Shown here: piece by piece, positions 24,610 through 38,620 of the stretch
Layout: every line of letters starts with the position of its first letter
Position numbering within the stretch: the first letter of the stretch is position 1
Source of the DNA: Vicugna vicugna
Taxonomy: Eukaryota
NCBI GenBank assembly: GCA_013265495.1
Contig: MU061579.1
Span: 2,477,319-2,541,318 of the forward strand
Length of the DNA stretch: 64,000 nt
Reading direction: 5' to 3'
Notes under the pieces: generated by a model
Database searches by the model: none
The model's input: the letters and a program-made list of their open reading frames with translations, nothing else
What the model was told of the DNA's origin: nothing
Program-made: the position numbers and the translations under genes

Positions 24610-25010
24610 GATAGTGTTAGTTTAGCTATTCAGTGTATCATAAAAAACCAGGGCTTTTCGATGTTTCTACTCTATGATCCTCAGAATTTTGGCCTTTTAG
24701 TCTTAAATTTGTTGACTCATGGCTACAAGAAAGCTACCACAGCTCCAGATATTAAGACCTCATTCTGGGGCAAGAATGTAAGCCAGAGCAGTTAGACAAC
24801 TTCTCATGCAGATTTGCTGCTTGTGAAATTATTTTTGCACAAAGACCCTTAGCAGAATTCTCCTTTATCTCTTTCATGAGAAATGAAAAATGACTACTCC
24901 CTAAACAAGAAGTTTTAGGCTGACTTTTTCTGAGATCTTCTTAATGTTTTAAGAAAATCAAGGCTCTGTCAGCAAGAAAGTGGTGTTTGAGCAACCATTA
25001 TGCCTGTCAC
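24610..25010 (-). mobile_element. Old MaLR LTR fragment (MLT1J/K-like)
   Basis: ctcatggctacaagaaagctaccacagctccagatatt resembles reverse MLT1. Confidence 0.45.
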
Positions 25011-26971
25011 ATAGGCACACAAACACACACACAAAATTTCACTCTACAGGAGAAAGCATGAGAAACTGTCATCTCTCTTCATACTGTTTTTTCCTATTTT
25101 TTCATTTAGCTCTAAAAATGTTAGAAAATGTTAGTTCACTAATAATCACAGTTAATACTTCTTTGATCAAAGACTCTTCTGAAACTGAAACTGTAGATAC
25201 AAGTCTCAAGTACTCAGCTTTAAATACATGTCTGGTTTTGGAGGTAACTGTTATATCTCTCCATTAATAAAGAAAAGGAAGAACAAAGAGAAAATACATG
25301 CAGAGAAATAAGATGGTGAATACTTGGCGTGTGTTAAACATGCTAATCTCTTCATAAACGTTGGTCATAATTTAGCTTTAAACTTCTTGGCAACCAATAC
25401 GAAGAGAAAAATCAATCAAGCTAAAGACATTGATAGTATCCATAAAACAGAAATGAACTTCTGACTCGCAGGAAACCCAGCTAATCTGGAAAAATCCAGA
25501 GATGTTTTCCCCAGGGTCCTGATAAAAAGAACAATGTATAACCCAGTGAATCTGGTTCCAGTAACTTCTTCACAGCAAATACACTGCAGCATTTCTCAGG
25601 GGCATTTTCTTGTAAGCTGTTTCAATTTGAACAATAGCAAACCACCTAAGTATGATTCAGTAAACACAATTCTTGGTCAAGGGCCATAGACCTGGCAAAT
25701 CCTGAAACAGGAAGGATAATAGAACCACATGTAATAAATCTATCTGCCCCGTCTCCTTTGCAAATTCATCTTCATAAATGAGAGTAACAGACACAGGAAA
25801 CGTACAAGCAAATCTATCTGGTCTCACAGTTGACAATACATTTGGTCAGTTTTGGTTAGTTTATTACCTCCGAAGTTCTCAAGGTCTCAACAATATTTTT
25901 CTTACGCTTGTCCTAGTGAGATTTCAGCACCTACTAACAATCCTTAAAAAAAATTGCAATAAAACAGAGATCATAAGATTCAAGTAATTCTCAGGACAAA
26001 CTAGAGTTGCCATTTGACCTCTTATTTTTAAAAATTTACTTTCCTATAAATGTTTCCTAAAGATAAATTAAAGATTTAGTCATGAAAGACCCTGCTGAGC
26101 AATAGTGTGTCAAAAGATTACCTTCGATCCTGACCACTGACTTTTATATCTGTAAGTAATTAAATATTTAGGGAGTTAATTCATTTCCAACCATTAATTT
26201 TCAGCTCAGGTTAAGTGGTTTGTCTGTTTGACTTCATTGCAAATTACCAGGACCTGAACTTAGACATCACTTGGCAAAAGATAAAAATCTCAAGGGTCCC
26301 AGAGCCCCTGTTATTAATCTGTGTTATGGAGGTGACCATTTAGGCTGCATAAAGAACATATTTTCAATATAACCTTTTAACTTTCCATGACACGTTTAAA
26401 GGCAAAATCAGACATAATTTATAAGATTTAGGAGGTATGCTATTGTTTTTTAAAATAGCATTTTTAATATGTAATAAGGGTATACGACATTTTAAAACTG
26501 AGCCTTAAATTTGTTTTGTTTATTTGTAAGGAACATTCTTTTGGAAAATGTCATCACTTGTTTATTTGACAATAAAAAGAACTCAATGTGTTGATTATAT
26601 CATTGTCGGCTTATCTATTGCTTGCCTCCAAATTCACCTTGGATACACACAAAAGAATCTTGGATCAGTTTAGGCAAAAGATTTACTATTTGGGAAGCTT
26701 AGCAAGTTAGAAATGTGAGTAAAGGCATGCACGTTAATTGCAAAAGGTCACCAAAATGGCAGGTGCAAAAATGCAGGTGCAAATAATTAACCTCTTGAGC
26801 AAGAAATTGGTTGATTGCAGGTGCAATTAGTGAAACGCAGGATAAAGAAGGAATCGTGGAGTTCTGTTGAAAATTTAATCTCGAGTTGTATAAGTTTTCA
26901 AACTACACTGTAATCAAGTTAAAAGTATTGTGAAAGTTCAGAAATAACAAAAGTAAATCCATTGACTCACC

Positions 26972-27644
26972 TGTTAACCTAAAAGAAATAGACTGTCAGT
27001 TGTTTCTCCAGCAAATACGGGTTTTTGGGGATCAACAAAGAAATGCAATTCAGGATCTGCAACCATGGTGAGCCACATGCAAGTCTCCGCATGGCAAGGG
27101 AAAAAGATGCTTTCATAGAGAGGAAAAGGAAGTTGGGAGGGCCATAGTTTCATTGGCTGTGTCCTTGCCAGAGAAGAGGAGGCCTGCCTGTTCAGCAATC
27201 CTATTATTGCAGGGTGCAAAAACTCCTGACACTATTTAATTGAATTAATTTCTGTTGATTAATTTTTTTACACACTGAGGTAGTAATTAATAATAGTTTA
27301 TTGTGCACACACCAAAAAAAAAAAAAGTTTGCAAGTTGGGAGCACTCAAACCAAAACATGGAAAGAGGCTCAGAGATCTGTTTATTCTTCACAGTAATTG
27401 GTTATAATACTAGATTTTTCTTAAATAATAAAGAATAGATCAGTGGTTACCTCATATCAATCTTGGGAAACAGTTTAAGTTTTGCTTATGATTTCCAGAA
27501 GTGCAAATAAGAAATGACCCAGGTCAAGTTAGGTTTGCAAAATAAGCTAAAGTGAATTTTGCTTGTAGGACTATACTGGTTTTGTCTGCTCAGGGAATTT
27601 TCAAGGCTGGTCTCCATTTGCTTTTGATTTTTATCTGTATCAAC
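26972..27644 (-). mobile_element. ERV1-class LTR
   Basis: tgttaacc start; tttctccagcaaatacgggtttttggggatc; atctgcaaccatgg; ends near tgtatcaaca; no clean TSD. Confidence 0.6.
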
Positions 27645-27879
27645 AATTAAACTTGCTAACATTTGGCTTTCACAGCATCTGTCTATTTTGCAGTGGCAAA
27701 GGAAAATAACGCTGTTAAGAAATAGGTTTTTCATTTACTCTCTGTCTTTCAAATAAGCTTGTAATTCCTCAAGAACAATGTTTCTCTATACTTGGTCATA
27801 TTGTAAGTTAGTTAATAAAAGAATAATGTTTGGAATAAAGACTACTGGGAAAAATTTGACCATATAAGAATCCAAACTA

Positions 27880-28545
27880 AATCACACCAAGAAAATATTT
27901 TTATGTTTTATATTGGCAACAATCCAAAAGTGTATTAACATACACCTAAATTAAGAGCTATCTTTTATACACTGAATGTAAGAGAATAAATTAGTGTAAC
28001 TTCTGTGCAGGTCACTTTAGCAAAATTAATCAAAACTGCAAATATATATCCACTTTAATCAAACAATTTTATTTCTAGGATTAAATTCTACAAATACTCT
28101 TGCATTACGGAAATGATGCATTAAAAAGTTATTTACTTAACATTATCTGCCATGACGAATGATGAGAAAGAAAACAGATATCTATCAAAATAGGTCTATT
28201 AATATAAACTGTGATTCATCCACAGAATGAAATACCACACAGCTAAGAAAATGAATGGGAATGTTCTCTATGGACTAATATAGAAAGCTTGCTAAGATAC
28301 ATTAAGTGAAAAAAAAGCAAAGTACAGAATAGTATGAATATTACTCTAACTTTGCATAAAATATACTTTTATACTAATATTTGCCTTCATAAACACTGAG
28401 AAGATTAATAATAATGGTTATTATACTTTAGGGGAGGGAGCAAGGGAAGTGTGGATGGATACCAGACAGAGCTGGGAGGGTACTTTTCACTCTATACTTT
28501 TTATTTTGTGTATTTTTTTAATTTAGCAATGTTTAAAATAAATCA
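27880..28545 (+). mobile_element. Very old L1 (L1ME-like) 3' fragment
   Basis: aaactgtgattcatccacagaatgaaatacc; aagatacattaagtgaaaaaaaagcaaagtacagaatagtatg. Confidence 0.65.
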
Positions 28546-29455
28546 CCTATTGGAAAAATTACAGAAATATAAATAAGAGTTGTCACAAAATTAAAGCTGA
28601 TGAGTGCTGTTCCAGATTTTTTTTCTAAGATCAATCAATATACTTTAATATTGAGAATTCCTCATCTGTCTTTCTAGGACTATTTCTTGGTAAAGTATGT
28701 TGGGACCCTTCAAATATTTATATAATTTTATTTTTTGTCCCTTAACCTTTGTAAGAGTTTGATGAGATACTTTTTATTTGGATTCTCTGAATAACACCTC
28801 ATTGTTTTGCTTTTGATTATATTCGCAGAGATCGCCTAACACCATATGGGCAGTAGCCTTGCCTGTCCTGTTCAAGCCACTTTTCTCACAGTCTGGAAGA
28901 GTATCTGTCACCTAATGAGGCTCAATGTAATTTGATATAAGAGTCAGTTCCTGTGGGAATAAACGAACAAGGACTTTTGATGCTCTGAGCAAAACAGGCA
29001 CATGGGATTTTTCCTTTAAGCTAATCTCTGACACTTTCTGTTATTGACATATCTTCTTGGGCTGCATTCGTATCCATGGATTGTACTTTCTTAGCTCCCA
29101 GTGCTTGCTGCTGCTGAGGTCAGCAGTAATCCTACTGAAAATCACTTTTATCTATGTCAACAAGCTCTTCTGATAATCTGACACATTCTAATGTGATAAT
29201 AGGTAAGCCTAGAAAGGCATACCTAGGTTACCTATGTATTCATTTTAATGAGAGCTTCTGGGGCACAATGCCTATATATTTATATAAAAATCAAACATCT
29301 TATGTGACCACTGTTTTCAGGGGGGTGCGTAGGATTGGCCTTGCTCAGCGTAACCCTCAATGAGATGGCATTTTGTCAGTAAGTCTCAGGATGTTGGTCC
29401 TGATAGGATCCTCACAACCTCATAAGGTAGCTGATTAGCTCCTTAATAACTCTTA

Positions 29456-29648
29456 ATATATATAAAATAGATAAACTACAAGGACCTACTGTATAGCACA
29501 GAGAACTATATTCAATTTCTTATAATAACATATAATGGAAAAGCATCTGAAAAGAAAAAAATACGTATCTATGTATACATATAACTGAATCGCTTTTTCT
29601 GTACACCTGAAACTAACATTGTAAATCAACATTACAATAAAAAAATAA
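29456..29648 (+). mobile_element. Short L1 3' end
   Basis: aaggacctactgtatagcacagagaactatattcaat...tgtacacctgaaactaacattgtaaatcaac, then an A tail. Confidence 0.9.
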
Positions 29649-32600
29649 CAAAATGTAATCAATTTTCCTGTGTTTTTTAATCTAATACTCCTGCGTCTAC
29701 TCTTTGGCCCTTCAAGATAAAAGATACAAACCAAGAACAGCTCTTCCGATACTGGAAGGAAGTTGTACTCTCTTCTACTAAACTTGTCTTTTCTTTTCCC
29801 CCAGCTGGCACCCTGTGCCTTTTTTTCTTTGTTTTCCTTTTATTATTTATGTTTTAATTTCAGAAAAATGAGTTTCTCTAATTTTGCAAATGTGTGAACA
29901 TATACACCGTTAAATTTAACTTGCAAAATTTAATGGGTTCTATTTTGGCTAATTTGACTTCAGAGAAATTTTATATAGAAATTTCATTGAGTCATGAAAA
30001 TTTGGTTTACATAAAAAATGCTCATGCAATTATGCATGCCTTCCTCGTATGCGTGTGTATGTGTATGCATGTGTATGCGTTCAGTATATGTCAAAGAACA
30101 GAACTATAGAAATCTTATCACTCTGTAGTTTGTTCTTCACTTAGATGTTTGAAATTTGCAGCAAATTAACAGCATAGAAGATAAAATAACCCTATAGTTG
30201 TAAAGTTGCTTTAAAATATTAACTCAAGAAACAGAGGACTGACACTGGCTTATAGTTAATGGAAAAAAACACTAATGAAGAGGTACTTTATTATTTCCAG
30301 ACCTTGGAAATACACTTGAAATTGAAATTGTAAAAGACAGCAAGTAAGTTATTAGATTTAGAAATTTTACAATAAAATCTTTTGTTATATATTTTAATGT
30401 ATCCTTAGTGCTCCCACAAGATTTTATGGCATGTGTTTTCAAAACTAATTTCTGTATTTTGAAATCTCTGCCTATAATGTCTTAAAGTTGTCAGCAGTTG
30501 GAAAACAATAGACACAGTTCTTCTCAGAGTAGATTGTGTTTGTGGGTAGAGGGAGGGGTCATACTGCATGAGATGCCTGAGCAATGACAGGGCAGCCCTA
30601 TGAAGGGAAGAATTCCTCTTCCAAAGGGTGTGGTGCCAGCTAGTCAGCTGGTCCGAGGCCTGGCTGGAGGCAAGGAGCTGAGGAATGGTTTGTGGCTGCA
30701 GGCCAGAGCTTTTCAAAGAGAAAAGGAAACAAAGAGATAGTAATCGACTTTACAGTCAGGCCAACCATATGGTAAGGCTCACTGTCTCCAGCAGGTTGGT
30801 TTTTTTCCCCTCAATTTCCACCCTAAAACGAAGAAAGAAAGTGAGAACCTTTGAAAAGAATTCCTACAGCACATCACTGGGAAATCTTTGGGATTTGTTT
30901 TTATAAGCCAGGGAGACAAGATGACAGGAAGCTCACTGAAAAAAAAAGAAAGAAAGAAAAAAGAAAGAGAAGGAGATCGCTTTGGGAGACTTGGAAAAAT
31001 ACAGCAAATGTACTACATTATGATATAGGAGTAGGGAGTCAGAGGATAAAAGTTACTGGAGTCCGCTGATACTCCTGGGTGTGAACATAGCAAATGTCTC
31101 AGGACACGTGATAGATATGTGTGGAAGGACATATCATTCACCCTCTAACGGTCTGATATGAAAAATGAGGTCATTTAAATAGCTGGACAAAAAAAGACCA
31201 GCCAAGCTTGGGACATGGTGTAGATTCACACATATTCTGATTACTGAATTCTCAGTGCAAAGTCGAGAGGACGAAGATTGTTCTTAATGATCTAAGAGAC
31301 CAAGGCAGTAGGTAACCATCTCCTGGGGAACTTTTTCATTTAATTCAGCAGGCAGGTTTAAAGGATTTATCTGTACAGATCATTATAGTTATGACAGAAT
31401 CAGCATTGTTCTTGGGGAAATGATGAATTCTCTTATTCACTCATTTGTTCATTCAACCATTTATTTACAGATTTATTTGAGTAACTAAATTGCTTCAAAT
31501 GTTCTGGGCAGTAGAATTTTCCAGTGAAGTTTTTTTGAATACTACTTGAGAGTGAAAGTTAATTTTGTAATACATGTAGAAATTCATTTACTTGGGTTCA
31601 AATGTTATAATACTGTAATTTGTAATTTGTAATACAGTAAAGGTTTAAGACTCATATCAATGAGTCTTTACCTCTAATTTTCCTAATTAGATTCAAACAT
31701 CTAACTCTTGTGTTATCTACTATATCATTAGTATACTATATATACTATGTATATATTAAATTTTTCACTTTTTCTCACATTAAGATTAGTATGAAGAGAC
31801 CACAAAAGATATGAGGAAAGAGTGTCTAAAGTGATTGCACAGGTGAGGTTCTGATATGAACTTTTAAAAATATAGTAAGTTTTTAACAATATAATATGTT
31901 ATTCAAATAGTTAGGCTGTTGTTTTATAAGGACTCCTAACTCTGTAACAAAGACATTAGAATTCTACTACAGCAAAGGCTGCTACTTTTCCAGTAACATC
32001 CATTGTTTTCTTAGTCCTTTTAATAATGGAAATATAAATGCAACTCCATTTTAGTCTCTTTCTAAGAGCAGCTTAACTTATACCTTAGCTAATGCAAAAC
32101 TCAACTCTGTCATTAGCCAGCTTTTCTAATGTTGAAAAATCGCTTCACTGGGTTAGATACACTCTAAGAATTTTTCCAGCTTGAAATGTCCATGAGCCTA
32201 AAACCGAGAATGGTTATGTGACTGCAGAAAATCATTAGTATTCCTCACCATCTCACCCTCACAATTCCTGAAGGATCAAATTAATTTAGAGAGATAATTG
32301 TATTAATATTGTTTGGTAAGAAAACTTCCATTTCAAAGTCTACTTCTCTTTTTGGGCCTCACTGGGTGGTTTATGTTGCCTAAGACACACCTTTGGGAAC
32401 TCTGTGACGTGAGTGTGTTTCAGGATAAACCACTCATTGACTGTATATAACAGAAGTGTTCAGAATAGCGTAGAACCCAGAGAAATATGGGCATCAAAAA
32501 GCAAGCTGAAGGAGAAAAACATTATTAGAGAAAAATAGAGGAAAAGGTAAGAAGTGAGACCTTCTCTCACCAGAAATGAGAGAGCACCAAAAAGTAAATT

Positions 32601-34693
32601 TGATATTTGCCATAGAGGATCTTCAGCCCAACACACTTTGAAAGCATATTCATGGTGGATGGCTGAGCATACTGCTGGTTTTCAATAAAGCTGTTAGTGA
32701 CTATCGAGTTGAACTGAATGCGACATGTAACTAACGAGGCCAAGTTCCTGTCCCCATGTGGGCTAGTTCACTGTGCCCTGTCCCATAACCACGCAGCATG
32801 CCCCTGCCTTTGGCCAGCTGTCTCCAAAATGCGCGCTCTTTGTCACAAAAGGGACCAGGTGTATATGGGTCAGTGCAAATCTATCTCATCACTAGGAAAA
32901 ACTCTTAAGGCAGATGGTGGGTCAAGAATGTCACCTCAGCGTCGTGAAGGATGGCATGTGTTCTTATTTGGAAAAGTAAAGTGAAGATTTGTCAGTTATC
33001 CGATTGTAATTGAATATTTGGGCTAGAAATCCAATCAAGTTTAGTTTAGGTGGTCAACATGTAGGTTTATGTGATTTACTAAAGGCACTACTTACTACTT
33101 CAGGGTCTCAAACTTAACGTCTTTTAGATGAGAGTAGGGAGTGGTGGAAATGGTAATGAATTGGGTGATTAAGGCTGCACCTAATGTGATAGAAAATTAT
33201 AGTAAGAAAAACTCATTCACCAGACGCCTGACTTATTTGGGCCTGTTATCCAGAGTTAGAAAATCACACTATAGATGGGGCTTAAGTGCCTGATGATAGA
33301 ACAAAATGTACTGATTTGATTAAAAAGCTCATAATAAATACTTAGAATTTTTTTTGTAACTATTTGTTTAAATATGTATCCCCTCACCAGACACTGAATT
33401 CCACAAAGAAAGTACCATGTCTTGCTTATTTCTTTTATACTAAAGCAAAATATGCAACATGGCACCCCGTCCATGGATGGTAACTGTTTTTCTAATGCAC
33501 AGCTGCAGTGTAAACACAAGATTGTATAACAGTCTTAATTATCTACAGTATTAATTTCACTTTCCTACACATATTTAAATTCTGGTGTGCTAGAAGTTGA
33601 TTAGAATAAATAGAGATAATCAGATATGCAAAATTTTATTCGCAGCAGTAAAGAACAGAAAACTAAAAGTTCATTTAATCTATATGAATTACAGCAATCG
33701 AAAAATAAATTTTCTCTTCCTTTAACTAGACTTTTTCATGGAAATTAAACAGACTTCAGTTTAGTGTACCTCTCAACAGAACCACTAAGAAAAGTATTTG
33801 CTTAGTTGCTAGATTTAATGCTAACTTAAAGCAGATGAAGATAAAATGGAAATAAACAGTAATTAAATTACACAGAAATGTCTGGATGAAATAAAACAAT
33901 TCTTTACAGTTTCTAGGTAATGGCAAAAGTGTTTCTGGCAAGAAAAGCATAATTAACAGCAGTGTTAAAGCTTTGCTTTACATTCTTTTGGCAATGGAGT
34001 CGACTAAGTTGAAAGCTGTTAAGTAGAGTATTTGAGTTTCATATTAATTTGCATTTCACTTGACTGTGTTTTACTGTTTTGCAAGCATGAAACAGGGGGG
34101 TCTGGGTTCAACACAACAAATTACTGTACAAAATAAAAAATTGCTACCGAAGCAGCTTTGTGTTTCCAGTGGGTTTGTCGTGCTGTGAGGAAAAAAGAAA
34201 AAAAATAAAGAAAAGAAAAAGAAGTGTTGATTCTTTTAGAGGCATTTCAGCACCAGATCTGCACTATCAAAAATAGACCTCGAACATAGAGTTATCTAGA
34301 AATTCAGCAGTTTGCAAACAAGTGCACCAGGGAGTAGTTTTTTCACACTAAAATATTTTTGCTACACATCAGCAAGTCCTTGAGGAGAGCCTGCTGGCTC
34401 CAAAGGCCCGCAGTTTGCTGTCGAAACAGCAAAGAAATAATATTTAGCCGGTCCTAACCGGGAACCCATGATGTAGCTGCCCTTTATGGTAACTCTCACA
34501 TTTGACCCAAAATGGTTTAACCACTGGGATTGAAGAGAAGGACTTCATTTTAATACTTATTTCTTAACCTTTGACAACTTGTATTATTATTGTTTGGAAG
34601 TGCTAAGTACACATGCCACCTCTTCTGTCCACAGGCATGGATCACAAAATACAGAATGCAAGTCAGCTGATTTCCAAAACCAACAAAATTGTT

Positions 34694-34834
34694 GGGGAGG
34701 GTAGAGCTCAATGGTAAGAGTGTGAATACCTAGCATTCACAAGGTCCTGGGTTCAATCTCCAGTACCTCCATTACAATAAATAAGTAAAGAAATAAACCT
34801 AATTACCTCCCCCCCAAACAAAACAAACCAAAAA
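34694..34834 (+). mobile_element. tRNA-derived SINE, camelid Vic-1-like
   Basis: ggggagggtagagctcaatggtaagag...ggtcctgggttcaatctccagtacctcc...aaataaacctaattacctccccccc, then an A-rich tail; near-TSD caacaaaatt / caacgaattt. Confidence 0.9.
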
Positions 34835-35259
34835 ACAACGAATTTGAATGTGTGTTTGTGCTTGTGGATCTGCGAGTAGGCAGGTGTGTGTGTTTACCAT
34901 CAATGCAGTGTGTTGGTAAACAGTTGGCAGTGATCAAATTAAAAACAAAGAGTATCTTGCTCTGAGCATACTATTACCTGAGTCTGCTCTCTGCATTATT
35001 AGAAACTGTGTAATTGCACTTTCTAGTAGAGAAAATGCAAATTAAAGTACCATTTTTACAATCCAAATTAATAGAATTTTTTCAAAAGATATGGGAGATT
35101 TGTGGTATGGACACTCTTATTTGCTGCTGGTCAGAGTATAATTTAAAATAACTTTTCTGGTAAACAATTTTGCATTATAGCAGGAGAGTAAAAGTATTTC
35201 ATAGCCTGTGTCCTAGAGTATTTTTAAATAATAAGATAATCAGAGATATAGATTAAAAT

Positions 35260-35411
35260 GCCTATTTTTCATTGATTCTGAGTTTTACTTTTTTTACATT
35301 TTAACCTCTGAAATTGGGATGAATCTTCCAATTGTTAGTATCTTAGAATTGTCATGGTTTAATTAGAACTTTTTCTTCTCATTGGTATCTTTGTGAAGGT
35401 GAAATATGGTA
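35260..35411. mobile_element. MER104-like Tc2 DNA transposon
   Basis: tttcattgattctgag...acattttaacctctgaaattgggatgaatctt...gtgaaatatggta. Confidence 0.6.
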
Positions 35412-35849
35412 CATATGAAGATGTTTGTTATAGCAAAAGCAAAAAGAAGTAATAAAATGGTTTTTCCCCTTTTTCAGTTTTATTAAGTAGAATTATTACT
35501 GTTTGATTGCACATCTACATTATATTGTATGTAAATATATATATATAATATACTGCACGCATATTTTGTAGTTTACATATATGTACTGATCATTGTTTCT
35601 AAGAACAGATTAGAGCTTTAGCTTTTTAAACTTACATAGTTATCAAAGGAATAAAGCCAACCACAAAATAAGAAAGTGCCACATAGAATGTACACAAATG
35701 CATGTAAAAAATAGTTAAAACTGAATATAATCTGTAGTCTGGTTAACAGTACTGTACCAATGCCAATTTTATCATTTTTATATTGTACTACTTACATTCT
35801 TGAAACTTCCTGTGTCTTTAATTATTTCAAAATAATAAGGTTTTTTTTA

Positions 35850-36040
35850 GTGTCCTAGAGCTGAGTGGGACGAAGACTGGACAGTGATGGCTAACGGGAG
35901 TAGGCATCTTTTGAGGTAACAAAATATCTTTAAATTGTGGTAATGGATACATATGCTAAAAACCATTGAACTGTACACTTTAAATGGGTGAATTGTATGT
36001 TATGAGAATTATATCAATAAAACTGTTAAAAAAGTAAAAA
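35850..36040 (+). mobile_element. Old L1 (L1MB/ME-like) 3' end
   Basis: aaaaccattgaactgtacactttaaatgggtgaattgtatgttatgagaattatatcaataaaactgttaaaaaa. Confidence 0.85.
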
Positions 36041-38136
36041 AAACAGAAACTGTTACTGTACAATAATATTCCTAAAGTCATTACACTATTTCAGCTTCCT
36101 TTTGTCTAGGTCAGCTTCCTCCTACATACCAATGTAGGCTTCAATAATTATATGTTAATCTAATTAATTCTTATCACCATGAGGTAACCTAAAGTATTTT
36201 AAGGTTTTGACTTCTGAACTTCTTATTTTAATGCACTTATATTTTTCACCAAAAACCTGCAAGAGAAGTAAGTGAAAAAGACAACTCTAATAAGTAAGGG
36301 GACAGCAATTCATTATTGAAGGAGCTTTTTTATTGGCAGCTATCCAGATAGCAAATAAAGTTGTTTATATATTTGCTCATTAGTGAAATGAAATGGTATC
36401 GGTTTAATTCATTGTCCATTTCGTGTTTCCTATGTTTCAAAGCAACTTTTTAATACACACTCTAAAGGTTTTTCTGGAGCTCTTGTGCTGTAATTTGCTT
36501 TCTTTTAATCTCTAACTAGATATAATTAATGAAATCTTACTGAATGAGGTGCTGGCTCCTTCTAAAATCTTCCCACTCATTCATTTGAGTTTCGCTGTAA
36601 ATTTCAGTGACTGCAAAATCGCGGGATGCACACCACCATAGCGACTCTGGGGCTGAGATATGTTAATGAAAGACCTTAGGTGTCAGATAGCTGATGCATT
36701 CCAGGGCTATTTGGGGCGACTAAGAGCCTGTCACAGTGGGGGACGCTGCTCTGTAGCCCTAGGTTTATCTTGAGACGTTCAGACAGGGAGATAAAACGCA
36801 TATTAATCCCAAAGGATAAACAGTCTTTGCTGTTGTACTGGATAAGCATCTGCTTTGTCAGATTTAGCCTAAATGTGGGCAAATGGAGAGATATCAGTGG
36901 TGAATTATCGGAGAGGGTGCGGGGGCTGAGAGGAGGAAGTTATAAGAGAAGTGTATGGTGTCACCGCACTTTGGCTGTCTGCCCCAGTGCTAGCCTCTCA
37001 CCCACCAGTCCTGAGACGTCTGCATTATGGGTAGCCTTAAATAAAGTTGATATTTTCATTTCCTTCTGACTCCCCCCCACCCCAAGATCTGCCAAAGGGA
37101 ATCCAGAGTGCAAGAGAATAACTAGTTGACAGCTCCAAACTAAGAAGTGTCAGGACCCTTCACATAGAGCTTCTTGAGGTTAAGGATGTGCTATTGTTTT
37201 GGACAATTTTTCTATAATGTCCAGCACCATATTAGGAAAAATAAGTACTGTATACATATTTGCTGAATGAATATCCCAGGGATTATGAGGTTTGTACCTT
37301 CTGGCTAATGCAACACTTGTCTTTATTATTATTATTTTTTTTTTCTGAAAAGGAATATGGCAAAAATCACACCATAAGCCTTTAGATGAAGCAGAGCAAA
37401 ACAGTTGTTATTTATTTAATCATATCCTGGTCCTCTGTCCTCAAGCACCACCTACTTTTACTTTATCTTTCCAAAAAAGCTAAATAAATATACATGTTAC
37501 AATACAGGAACAACCTTTGTGTTGGGGGCATCACCATAGGTCACTGTAACCACTAGTAAAAGGCAAGATTTGGAACACAAATCCAAAGAATTATCCACTT
37601 ATTTTGAATACTGCCTTAACAGTTCTGCTTAGAGAAAAGGTTAAATGACTTCTTATTTTTCTTCTCCACTATGATTATTGCATAATAATAAATTTAGAGC
37701 CAAGGGGATTTTTGAAATGCTGGCTAAATTCCCATTCAAACAATGCATTTTTGGGAAATGTGTTGAAATGAGGCTTTAGAAGCTGTGCCCACTTTTGCAG
37801 GATTAATTCTGTAAACACATAGCTGATAAATGCTGTATCAAGGTCTCAGATACTCGATATAGAGCAAATATTTTCAGTGGTTTAGATCTATTTCAACTTG
37901 CATGTTTTCCATATCAACAATATTCTATTTTTCATGAAGTCTTCTGCATACTTCTTAGTTTTCTTCCGCAAAGGCAAATATATAAGGATAATTCTAGAAG
38001 ACAGAATCAAAATATTTTTTTAATGCTGATTTCACATCCTTTATTGATCATGGACATTTTCCCCTCACTGCCTGTGGGGATCTGTTTCATAGCTGAGATT
38101 CTATCTAGTACATTTCCTTAAAAATTCTATTTGCTT

Positions 38137-38620
38137 ATGGCGGCAGCCATCTCCAAGATGGCCCCTAAGGAAACTGGACTCTTGATATTCACGCCTTGTG
38201 TAGTCTCCCAAATTGTTAACAGGATTGTTCTGTTTGACCAGGAGAAAGTGCACATGGCCAAAGAAATTATTATCTCTACCTAGTTCTCCTGGATCTCTCA
38301 TTACGGGGAAGCCAGCCATCATGTCAAGCAGCCCTCTTGAAATATACAAGTGGCAAGAAACCAAACCTCCTACCAAGAGGCAGAACCAACTTGCCAGCCA
38401 TGAGGAAGCCATCAAGGAGGTGGATCCTCCAGGCCCAGTCAAGCTTGCAGAAGACTGTAGACCCCAGCATCTTGACAGTAAATTCATGAGGTATCCCATG
38501 CCAGAACCAGCCAGTTAACTCTCCTCAAATTCTTAAACCACAGAAACCATGAAATAAATGTTTATTTTTGTTTAAAGTAATCAAATTTTGATTGTTATAC
38601 AGCAACAGGTAACTAAAACA
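38137..38620 (+). mobile_element. MaLR LTR (MLT1F-like)
   Basis: ggcagccatctccaagatggcccc...ccagtcaagcttgcagaagactgtag...acagcaacaggtaactaaaaca. Confidence 0.85.

Noticed and set aside
25440..25720. Possible CR1/L3 reverse transcriptase remnant
   Set aside because: Only faint motif resemblance; not supportable without an HMM search.
34694..34770. tRNA gene (also 5805-5879)
   Set aside because: The tRNA-like head continues into a SINE body and A-rich tail; these are SINEs.
38101..38518. Overlapping 132-aa and 101-aa ORFs
   Set aside because: Both lie almost entirely in an MLT1 LTR and are chance open frames.
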